A stretch of 64,000 bases of DNA, taken from NCBI GenBank assembly GCA_003344405.1, contig NOWV01000187.1, positions 62,001 to 126,000 on the forward strand, written 5' to 3'. The notes under the pieces were generated by a model. The model did no database searches and was not told the DNA's origin. It saw only the letters and a list, made by a program, of their open reading frames with translations. The stretch comes from Trichoplax sp. H2 (lineage: Eukaryota). Below are positions 43,835 through 55,319 of the stretch, piece after piece (the stretch's first letter is position 1; each line of letters starts with the position of its first letter). The translations under genes and the position numbers were made by a program.

Positions 43835-45600
43835 CTTACAGTACGCTACAGTATTTCCCCAACTGCTGTACTGTACCGTACAGTACTAGGATAGGAGATT
43901 AAGGAAATGCCTAGATCAAGCCACTGAAACAGGAGCACAGATACTGTACTGTACACTGTACAGTACAGTATCTGCATTTCCAAGCTATACAGCTCAAAGG
44001 AAAATTCTTAGCTCACTCTTTCGGACCGAGCTACAGTCCGCAGAAAGGACTTCTACAGTAGGATACTGTAGGACAACAAACTTTGCACTGCACAATATAC
44101 AGTACAGTACTGCAATGCTGTAATACTGTACAGTGTACAGTACTGTACAGTCATGACTTACTGTACTGTACAGTACAGTACTGTAGCCCTGCAACTCCTT
44201 TGGACGGACAGACATTTGGCCTGCTTTGGTCAATACATTGTGTCAAATACTCCATTTTGACAGTACTTTAGTATCGCACTAGTCGATTCTGGAGAGACTG
44301 ATTTTTTCTACTGACAGTAATCCATGGACTACTACTGTAGTAGTGTACTGTAGAGTCTACACTGCAACTCCTTTGGACGGACAGACATTTGGCCTGCTTT
44401 GGTCAACCCATTGTGTCAAATACTTCATTTTGACAGTACTTTAGTATGGCGCCAGTCGATTCTGAAGAGACTCATTTTTCTACTGACAGTAATCCATAGA
44501 CCACTACTGTACTGTAGAGTGACTGCAACTCCTATGGACGGACATACATTGGACCTGCTTTGGTCAATCCATTGTGTCAAATACTCCATTTTGACAGTAC
44601 TTTAGTATGGCGCCAGTCGATTCTGAAGAGACTCATTTTTTCTACTGACAGTAATCCAAGGGCTTACTACAGTCGACCTGCAACTCCTTTGGACGGACAG
44701 ACATTGGCCTGCTTTGGTCAATCTATTGTGTCAAATACTTCATTTTGACAGTACTTTAGTATGGCGCCAGTCGATTCTGACTGAATAGACTGATTTTTTC
44801 TACTGACAGTAATCCATGGACCACTACAGTACTGTAGAGTGTAGACCTGCAACTCCTTTGGACGGACAGACATCAGGCCTGCTTTGGTCAATTTATTGCG
44901 TCTACATTGTGTCCATTTTGACAGTACTTTAGTATGACGCCAGTCGATTCTAAAGAGACCCATTTTTTCTAAATAAAGTCCTATTCCATTGCCTGTTACT
45001 AAGCTCTACTTAGAAGCAGTCCATTTAGATGATGAATGTTATTGAAATGAATACGAGTGATTTGGAAAACAGAGACGGAAGATCTATCTATACTGAGCAA
45101 CTCTTTTTGGATATTTTGCGGCCTTGTCTTGTATGAAAAGTCCGTCCGTCGGAGGAGAGTGGCAGCCGGTCTACTGTAGTATTTTTTCTAGTAGCAGTCG
45201 AGAAGGAATCACAGTAATCGTACAGTACAGTACAGTACAAAATGGAGCCATGACAGTACAGTACTGTAGACTACAGTATGTTGACAAGTATTGTACAGTG
45301 AATACGAACAGCCGTATTGAAGATTCATACTGGTGTCAATGAGCATGGAGACAAGAAATGGAACACTTTGTTGGAATGATTGTAAAGCTAACTACGAACT
45401 CTTACTCTCTATTGAAGATTGAATTGATTGTCAGCAACGCAGTTTAGAACGCAGTACTGTACTACGTACGGTACTTGAATTTAGACTTTATTTGGTAGAG
45501 TATTTGGTCATTTCCTACGGTAGTACTGCGTTGTTGATTCAACACTCTACAGTGTACAGTACTGTAGTCGTGCAAGTCGTCTACAGTACACTGTACTCCA
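43835..45600. repeat. (CAGTA)n/(TACTG)n island between divergent UBE2A and importin-alpha-like genes
   Basis: Dense tracts at 43835-44185 and 45215-45600, including the 37-bp palindrome CAGATACTGTACTGTACA-C-TGTACAGTACAGTATCTG at 43938-43974. Confidence 0.85.
44189..44971. repeat. Tandem array, 155-173-bp unit x5
   Basis: CTGCAACTCCT(T/A)TGGACGGAC starts at 44189, 44362, 44523, 44678 and 44847. A conserved ~140-bp core alternates with variable TACTG/CAGTA-rich linkers. Confidence 0.95.
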
Positions 45601-47124
45601 CGTTTCAAGTAGCGTTGGACTCTCGCTTTCAGTTTGTTGAGTGCGCTGGTCGAGCAGACCATACTGAATACTGTCAGGCAATAAACGCTTTCGTCATCTA
45701 CCCATGCTAATGGCCCATCATGCCTCATGAATATTTGACGTAAGGACATCCCGCGGCGTTATTCGCTTTCAACAATTTCCATTAAATCAACATCGCTTGC
45801 AAATAGTTCAGCAATCGACGAATTTCCATTGATTTCTAGCCTTTCTCACTGTATATAGAATGCACTTGATCCATACAAACTGACCAAGTAGCGATGGAAG
45901 ATGAAGAAGAGGTTAGATGCAATCAAGCAGTCAGAAAAATCCAATGACGCAGTCATGCCGCAGTCAATTAACTGGCCGGCAATCACTTCATTACACATTA
46001 CTCCTGTTGTATCGCTTTGAATGCTCTCCATTCGTACACTACTTTGCCACTCATTTCTGTCTTTCCTAGTGCATCGATCAACTTATTCTACCATGGAATA
46101 ACAGTTGATGGATTCAGTCTGTTCTTGTAATGCTTGAACGATCAATTATCACCTAAGAATAGCGTCTAAAATCATTTCAGCCATTGAAAAACTGCCTAGT
46201 CGTAAGAGCACTACCCGGCAATCACACTCATCACTCTCCTTTCATTGTCCAATAGTACACTACTGTACACTAGAATGTCAAATGGAAGGCGTCTTATTCT
46301 CTCTTATGCTTAGTGGATAGGATATTCAATCAAATCAATGACTACAGTATACTTACTATGCTAAATAGGAACTATTCGTACAAATTGGAATATTCTACTG
46401 TAATACTAATTCTTTACTCTCTCTCTCTATTTTGGTTTGCAATCCTTTTTGATTGCATTGCTATGAAAAAAAACCCCTTGGAAAAAACAGTTGCAGTTAA
46501 TGGTAGAGGTAAGCTAATCATGATCGCACGATACTAGCCTATACTGCTACAAGACTAACCCCATTTCAGTAGAATACAACATCGTCGGCTTGATCAATAC
46601 AAACTTTGACTATTCCTTCTGACTCTATCTACAACTAGTAGTAGAAGTAAAGCAGTGTCAGTCAGTAACGTGAATTCATTATTTTTGCATGCCCCACAAT
46701 AGCCATTCGCGATAATGCAACCTTGGCTTTGATCGCAATAATAATTATTCTTATTCTTATATTATTATAATGCAATCAATGATAGCGACCAATCGATAAT
46801 GATATGTAATAGTTTATTGCCATTTTGCTTACAATACTTGTAGACAGTATACTGTACATACTCGCACATTTACCCATCAACTCGATCTGTTATGCAGACT
46901 CGACATGATCTATGTACTGTACGATCGAGAACAACTCGGCCAAATGATGATAGGGTAGTCAGTCTATGAACAACTGTTTTTCTATGCACGCCAGTGTTTG
47001 TAAATGCGGTTTCATCAACTAATTAACTCATGTAAACATTTTGACCCAATATTAATGACCAAATTATAGCTAGTAAGACTGTAATGCTAAGTTGATACGG
47101 ATATATTGTCATTGGTTATTGTAG

Positions 47125-50100
47125 AAGATATCCACTCTTGGCGTGACTGCAGATCCAGCAGCAGTCTACGATGTCGTTCAGCACGCAAGGTAGAATTAAT
47201 TAGCGTTTGTAATCAATGTTATGAATTATTGCTTTCCTCATCGCCTTGATAGACATTGAGCTATCATTCACTTGAAAGATAATACCATTCATAGATAAAT
47301 AGACACTATATTGACGCTCAGGCAGTAGAACAAAACAATCTTAATTTTACCTCCGTTTTGATTTATACGCCATATAGACAACTTTTAACCGCCAGAAGCA
47401 ATCCTCCAGTAGAGGCAGCAATAAGGTATCATGCAAAGTGGAAAAGACGTATTATTGTCACAATAATGATGGAGATTTTATTATCTCTTGTTCTATTCCA
47501 TCTTGTTGTTACTCAACCATTTCTATCATCATTTACTAATACTATTGTTATATTTTGTTCACTGATTTCATTTCTAGCTGATGTGGTAAAACATTCAAAA
47601 ATGAGTTGTTCAATTAGTTTAGTGAAGTCATGATAGAACTATCTACAGTACATTCGAGTATGATCAATAATTGATTGATGATAATATTTTACGTAGTGTG
47701 TTACTCGCCTACTGTGTAGGCAGTATAGAACCACCCAAATCGCAATCATATTCTATAATTTCACTTCTTACTGTATTTTATGGCATGAATGAAAGATGCC
47801 ATGCTTGTATAGTATCAACGGCACAGCAAACTTATATACCTTCAATTTAAGAAAATTAATAGAAAGGGAACGTAAAGTGTTGTATTGAACAAAATTGAAT
47901 GGCTCCATGCTTTAGTATGATAATTGTATCATACTCTTTTCTTATTGTACTAGGGTTGGTCTGGTCGATAAAACTATAGAATGTTTAAGAGAATCAGATA
48001 GGTTAGTGAGATATTACACAGGGCAGTATTCTAGGTCTAATATAAATTGACCAAAGTGTAACTGCTACATTAAAAGTTTACAACAATTTATTAGCGATGT
48101 TGCATTATTTTCTCCATTGTAGATGTTACAGTAATCATTTCCTAAGATCGTTGTATTTTAAAGTCTGCTTAAAAATAAATACTAATAGTAATAGTTGAAT
48201 TCCAACAGTTACATCCTGTGTTGTTATTTGATACACTGGTTAGCATGCCTTCCAGCCTGTCATATTTGTAATGACTGTTTCTATCAATATTTTTAATTCT
48301 ACAGTTCCAAAACACAACACGAAGCAGCTTGGATCCTCAGCATAATTGCAAGCAGTGATTCACGAGGCCCGAAGGTTATCGTCAACGCAGGTACAAGCTA
48401 ACAATATATCTACAGTACATTAAATATCCTGAATTTAGGTTACGTTGATTAAGTCATAGGATCGACCTAAACACGTTTGCTTTGAAAGCAATCGTAAAAT
48501 TTTATATTGAAGATCACTTATTGTACAATATTTGTATTAGATGGTATTCCAGTACTTGTCAATAATTTATCTACTGAATATCCAAATGTATGTGAAAAAG
48601 TTGCTCTCGCTTTAGCTTTCATTGCAGGTTGGTAATATTGTACATATTAGTTTACAAGATCTATATACATGATGTACTATGTAAAAATAGTCCAATGCTT
48701 AATATATACCGGTCACCTTATAAAATATATATTATGACAAACTTGACAATAGGGGATTGCATTGACTACCGAAATAAAATTATTGATTGTGGTGTAATGA
48801 CAAAGTTTGATGCTGCTGCAGATGTAAATAAGCCGGTAAATTACCAAATTTAAATCTGCATTAAGCTTATAGCACACCTGTAATACATAAAATAAAAAGT
48901 AATGCTGCCATTTATACTATCTATATTATGATAAATTATATTATTGCATCAAAATCTTTACGATGGTAAAAATTAACCTTGTAGGCTTACCAATTAGAAA
49001 GTGTAGCGAAATTAATAAATAAGGTTTTAAGCTATCCAAGTTCCCAATTACCACTTGAGATTGCAAAAAAGGTAGCGTGTTCACATACATTAGGACAATT
49101 TTTCGATGATTAATACCTAAATTAATATTCAAACCCTTTCTTATCTTCAAGATTTCGTTTATTTACAATTTCTTGATACAACTATGATTTTTCTAGTTAA
49201 CGGTTTACATAGTTGAACTCTTGGACAAGGAAATATTGACGGTTGGTCATTTAGGCTATCACTTTATGTTTTTGATCATATTTATAAATTTTATTTACGA
49301 AAAATCAATATATATTTATCAAATACAACTTAAACAATAACAAAATGTAATAATGTTCAATACTAACACGAATAGGTACAAAGTAGTCTAGCTGGAGCTG
49401 CATATTATCTGACTAGGAATGACAATCCGTCATATTTACAGGTTTCTACTAGGGTTTCGTCCATCCTAAATAAGTTTGTTTAACGGATTATTTACGGTAA
49501 AGTTTGGGTGGTTTAAGATATATTTTTTATCGTATAGGTTGCTGTGACGTTAGGGTTGTTAGAAAAAGTGGTAAAATTGTTATCGAGGAATGATTTAAAT
49601 GTTCAGGTTTGATAACAATTTAAAGTTATGTATAAGAAACGCACATTGTTAATGTAAATAACTTTGCAATTACTGATTTTGAAATCGATTATACAATAAG
49701 CGACTTGCACTTTTATATACAAATACTTAGAAAGCAGCAATTCGTGTATGTCAAAATGTCTCAAGTTCCGATTATAGCCGCTTTACACAAGTATGAATGG
49801 CCCATATAGTTATAATATCATTACTGTGTGTGATGTTTTATACTGGATAATCTGGGTCTAGTTTAAATCATTTCTATTTTTTATACATTCTTTAGGCTTT
49901 AATTGATTGTAATGCACAAGATCATTTCGAGCTGTTGTTAAAGACAAAGGATGTATATATCATATTGGTAAAGGAATCTTTATTTGTATATAATCTAGCT
50001 AGCCATTGACGGCGTAGAAGATAAATTATTTCTATATGCTTGCAGAATCAAGAGCCGATGCATTTTATTTTACTTACATTTACTGTTACAGGACACTATA

Positions 50101-51222
50101 AAGGTCATTTCCAATATTGCAACTGGTTCTATAAACATAAAGCAAGTAAGTTTAAAATTTATGAAAAGATAACTATTCTTGCTGAAGTGTGATAAATTGG
50201 CCTGTTTATATTTCAGGTTCTGCTCGATGTTAAGATTCTTCCCACCGTTTTTGAACAAATTAGAAATGTAAAACCATTTTTAATATTTTTCTAGCACATA
50301 CAGCATCTTCTGTAACTGTGTAATAAATGAATGGCGTCTTAAAGACTGAGATTGTACATTCTTGGCTATAGACTAGATTAATAAAGGTTTGATTTATTTA
50401 TCATAATTTAGCCTGATATGCATATCGTAAAAGAAATTTGTTGGGTAATTGACAATTTTATAACTGGAGCAGCAGAGGATCAGGTTAGTCTCATGGAAAA
50501 GGTAGTGTATAATTTTAATTTACCAGTAATGCCTTACGAATGAGTAACAAACTAACGAAACTGTTTACTTATTATATAGCTTCAACAGCTGTGTGAGATT
50601 GGCATCGTTGATTTGCTCTATAGCAGTCTGCTTATTAAAAATCATATGGTACGACTTCATGTTTATAACTTTGTATGAATTCATGTGAAAAATTTTCAAG
50701 TAGTGCGTGCTACTTTGCTATTAATGTAGCAATTTTCCAACATTTTCATTAGAAATATTCTCTATTTTTTTAATGCAGATAATAAGGCATTCCCTAGCTG
50801 CTCTCTTAAATCTAATCGAGGTAGCATGAAATAACCTTTTTGCGTAGTAGTCAACATTGTATAATACACGTGTTACCAATAGTATCGACTGGAAAAGTCA
50901 TAATAATGTTATGGCATTTTTAGGGAACGCTAGATGATGATATGAAATTGTCGATATGTACCGATTTCGATGATATAGGAGGTAAATAAGGTTTTCAAAT
51001 ATATCGAAAAGATTGATAGCTCGTATTGGCAATTTACATATGTATTTATCGTACTTTTATGTTAATGATAAGTGCTTGAACTTATTTGTTAACTATTGGA
51101 GTATTTATTTAGGTTTAATTAGGCTGGAGATATTTTTAAGAAGTGAAAGCGACGAAATTAGAATTATGGCAACGACAATTCTTCATGTAATTCAAGATAT
51201 TTATGGTCAAAATCAACAGTAA
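47125..51222 (+). CDS. Divergent importin-alpha-like armadillo-repeat protein; 5' end unresolved
   Basis: Short in-frame exons follow the importin-alpha ARM layout: HARQLLTARSNPPVEAAIR, TQHEAAWILSIIASS, GIPVLVNNLSTEYPNVCEKVALALAFIAGDCIDYRNKIIDCGV, VISNIATGS, IVKEICWVIDNFITG, GLIRLEIFLRSESDEIR, ending TAA at 51222. Confidence 0.8.
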
Positions 51223-52057
51223 TAACGTTACAGCAATGATGTTCACTTTAGAGGTGTTATTATCAAATAGCAATAATTATAATATGAATCGTAATATTTA
51301 TAAACCAATATAGAACTATCCGGCTTGGGTTTTAAAGTTGAGTCCATTAAGCGCGAGTTTTACTTATTACAATAACGATTAAATCCTGGTGTATCGATTT
51401 AGTTATTGTTAAAAATTTTTGATTCTTCTCTAATTATAATTCATACATATTCTGATGCGCTAAATGTTTTATATTATTAAATGAAATAAATATAAGAGTA
51501 ATTGAAATAGCTATTTTTGAAAATGATTGTAATAAAGTTGAGTATTTTGTCCACGTATCTTTTACGACTGTTTACTTGTCAGACCGTACTTACTGGCTCA
51601 TGAATGAAATCTATTTATCGGTCGGTAATATGTTCTTATCAACATCAATACAATTACGTAGGCAATAATACTATCGATGTAAGTTATATCAGGTTGTGTT
51701 TGATATACATAGAGACTATTTTATTGAAGCATTATATTAACTAGTAGTGCATCATTGCTCACCATTCTATAGGGCTTTAGTGTATTGTGATTTATTACAC
51801 GCAGAATAAACAGAAGTCGGAAAGAAAATATTTATTAGCAGATTACTGTTAAACTATTCCGTAAGTAATCATGAATTGATTACACCTTTTTTAAGCAGTT
51901 TTAACAAGTTACGATTCTATACCCATTTCTCAGTACGCTTATATCTTTAACGCAGTATCACAAGCAAAACTATCGTGCGTAGTAGCAGTTACGCTAACAT
52001 CTACAATACATGGAAATCGCTAGAAAGGAAGTAAAATAAACATGTCACTAAATTAGC

Positions 52058-52148
52058 AATTAACTTCGATCAAATAAAGTCATCAGAAGCAAAAACGGCC
52101 ATATCGGCTGTAGTTTAAGCCCGTCATGTTATTCTCTCGAAGCTAATT
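52058..52148 (-). promoter_or_regulatory. Candidate SECIS element in the MSRB1 3' UTR
   Basis: Minus strand reads AATTAGCTTCGA…AATAAC-ATGAC-GGGCTTAAAC-TACA-GCCGATATGGC-C-GTTTTTGCTTC-TGAT-GACTTTATTTGA-TCGAAGTTAATT. This gives a 12-bp lower helix, an AUGA/UGA kink-turn core, an upper helix and an apical mini-stem. Confidence 0.7.
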
Positions 52149-52556
52149 TCAAATACGAATAAAATTTAGAAATATTTACCATTAGTAATAATATAACCGA
52201 CTGCTTTGTGAATATTACAAGAATATGTATAAATTTTAAATAGTTTTAATTTTGTTGCAAACACTACAGCTAGTCACTATGCCTATCGTCCTAATAAGAC
52301 AGCTTATAACAATTTTGAAGTTACATCAGTAAACGACGACTTTTCAATCTTGTTTTGTTTGCTAAAAAACGAGCTACTCTTTAAGCCGATAAACGCATAG
52401 GATAAAACTAGGAAAGAGCGTTCGCGTGTGGTTCAACTTCATTGTCATACAATTGTGTTTTGTTACGTAAAGCATATAGTGGATAGCAATCGATTACAAG
52501 ATATCTATGTTAACTATCAATAAAGTTAAAGTATAAAAAACGGTATTCGTTCCAGC

Positions 52557-54180
52557 TTAATTAGCTTTTGGAACGAATTTGAGCGAATTTGAGAATATTC
52601 AAAAACGCGATTTACCACCAGGTCCATCACGAAGAAATTCGTGACCAAGACCTTGTCCACAGTTACCGCAGGAAACTTTTAGTGCTCCAGGTGATTCTTC
52701 ATATTTTGATAGGCTATTTTCGGAAACTGTTTCAGTGAAAGCAGGCCAAGGTGATGAATGCTCATATTTAGACTTGCTAGGAAATAAGTCATGATTGCAC
52801 TTTGAGCAGACATATTTGCCTAATGACAAAAGATAAAAAAATAGATAAGCATCGCATTTTACAATCATTACCATCCTAAATGATTTTGCGCTGCTTCCAA
52901 TTGCCTCCAACGGGTGTATATTTGGCGTACATTAATAACGGTCACTTCATATCGATGTTAAGCACCGGATACTTTGTCATGATAATTGACTGAAGACTAG
53001 TTCAGGTTTCTTATGTCATCCTGTTGCATACAAATAACGTAACTTTGTAAAGGCATTATTCAATTACAGAGATAGCTGGGTTTGGAGTGAAAGGCGATAC
53101 AAGATCGGCAACCATTCATATTACTTATAGAATTAATTCATTGTGTCCTTGTGTAGTCTATTCGATAAGTGTTGCGATATCTTTTGTAAATTACATGCAG
53201 AAATGAACGGCTATAATTATGGCGCAGATGCCATATCCAAATGTTATGCATTCACGGACAGTACTTTACTGATAAAGATATAGTCAACGGATAACCATGC
53301 AATTTTTCCGTTTTCATTCCATCATGAACTACTACTCTACATCTACAGTGCTGGATGTTTATTTCTAGGTACGAGTATCTCGATGAATTCTATAAATTGT
53401 AAGGTAATGAAAATTGGCACAACAGCCGTGACTGCCGTAGATCTATTTTATTATTGACTCTCCATCCCTAAACGATACCGTTAAGCAGATTTGGATGAAC
53501 TTGCCACAAATTTTCCATTACTTTGATAGATGAAGTAAGGTTACGATAATAACTTTGCTCTCTACAGTAAAGGTAATTTAGTGATTTTACCCATGTAAAC
53601 CACCTTGTATCCATTCCATTTCACTGAGCGTGATTGCTTAGTGCCAGCTACAGCTGCTTTGTCAAGTCCTCCCTCCCACATACTACTAGCTCACCGTCAA
53701 TAAGGCAAAGTACTGCCTTTTCCTACTTGACAGTGAAAGGATTGCCATGAAATCATACAACTCCACGATCTACTTGCAGTGCACTACAATCATTAATTAT
53801 AGATACAGTACAGTATAATGGATGTTTATAAACCTTCATAAGTACGCAATGATTTACACATGAGTCTGTACTCCAATTAGAATGAGATCAATTCCACTTT
53901 ACGGACCAAGCCAAATTCTGAAGCGTAACATCGTAATGTTACGCTTCAGAATCTTGGTTGGTGCGTGAAATGGAATTGATCGCATTTTCAAGAGAGCAAC
54001 CGCTGAATGAACAGTAGGTGAAGAAACGTTGTCCATGATCGTAGGCCGGCAATCGATTGAGAAACCTGTCATGATGATCCATTTGAAAGGATTGAGCAGT
54101 ATTAAGTCCTATCAACAACATTGTTTCCTACCCGATTCAAAGTGGTCTTTATATTTTTCGCTTCTCCAGCTGCAAAACAT
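52557..54180 (-). CDS. MSRB1: Selenoprotein methionine-R-sulfoxide reductase B1 (SelR/SelX)
   Basis: Exon 1 54180-54132 ([17 protein letters not shown]) plus exon 2 52819-52557 (KYVCSKC…[12 protein letters not shown]…[12 protein letters not shown]…[22 protein letters not shown]) total 312 nt. The TGA at 52601-52599 occupies the catalytic RFUIFS position of MsrB1. Confidence 0.96.
53881..53986. repeat. 106-nt imperfect inverted repeat (long hairpin) in the MSRB1 intron
   Basis: Arms 53881-53930 and 53937-53986 pair at about 43 of 50 positions. The inner 16 bp (ATTCTGAAGCGTAACA) are perfect and the loop is TCGTAA. Confidence 0.9.
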
Positions 54181-55319
54181 GATACGCTCCGTATGACTGA
54201 TCGATCGATCACAAGATCTTTTCCCTTGCTTCTTCTTATTGCTCGATCAAGAAATGATCAGCAAGATTATTTTGAAAAATGCGATGGTGCCGAGAGTGAC
54301 TGGCAGGGACAATCCAGTACCAGGCAGAGACTTGGAAGACCACTACAGTACAGTATTGGTCTTACAATCCGTTGGCAGTCCTGTACTGTACACTGAGTGA
54401 ACAGTACAGTACAGTACAGTACAGTTCTGTTCCAATATCAAGTACTGTACTGTACTGTACCCTACAGTGCATGAAACCACCATGACTCAACGAAAATGAC
54501 AGCACCCGTGACGTACCATTACCGCTTCAGGCATGGTCAAGTCACTCTTCTGACTGAGAGTCAGTAGTCTGTACAGTAGATAGTATTTTTCCACAGTACG
54601 TACTGTACTGTACTGTGGAAAATACAAACAAAATACATGTCGTCCAAGTCACCATGTTATACTGGAAATTGAACCTACTCGGATGACATCTGTTTTACAT
54701 ACAGTACNNNNNNNNNNNNNNNNNNNNTCTTTATATTTTTCGCTTCTCCAGCTGCAAAACATGATACGCTCCGTATGACTGATCGATCGATCACAAGATC
54801 TTTTCCCTTGCTTCTTCTTATTGCTCGATCAAGAAATGATCAGCAAGATTATTTTGAAAAATGCGATGGTCCCGAGAGTGAATGGCAGGGACAATCCAGT
54901 ACCAGGCAGAGACTTGGAAGACCACTACAGTACAGTATTGGTCTTACAATCCGTTGGCAGTCCTGGACTGTACTGTACAGTACTGTACAGTTCTGTTACA
55001 ATATCAAGTACTGTACCCTACAGTGCATGAAACCACCATGACTCAACGAAAATGACAGCACCCGTGACGTACCGTTACCGCTTCAGGCATGGTCAAGTCA
55101 CTCTTCTGACTGAGAGTCAGTAGTCTGGGTGAATGACGCAACACACCCACAAAGTGAAGCCGCACTTTTGGGCGGTGGCCATCTACAGTAGATAGTATTT
55201 TTCCACAGTACGTACTGTACTGTACTGTGGAAAATACAAACAAAATACATGTCGTCCAAGTCACCATGTTATAGTGGAAATTGAACCTACTCGGATGACA
55301 TCTGTTTTACATACAGTAC
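54146..55319. repeat. ~570-bp direct duplication flanking a 20-N assembly gap (54708-54727); includes part of MSRB1 exon 1, its upstream region and a CAGTA island
   Basis: 54146-54707 is repeated at 54728-55319, differing by SNPs, pentamer tract lengths and a 56-bp indel. Confidence 0.9.

Noticed and set aside
44010-44056. Two adjacent short hairpins
   Set aside because: Only 5-bp stems, expected by chance.
44189-44971. CRISPR-like repeat/spacer appearance
   Set aside because: Repeats are ~140 bp, the linkers are related low-complexity sequence, there are no cas genes, and the context is eukaryotic.
52400-52450. Alternative SECIS (minus strand ATGA-N11-AA)
   Set aside because: No complementary 3' helix or correctly placed GA.
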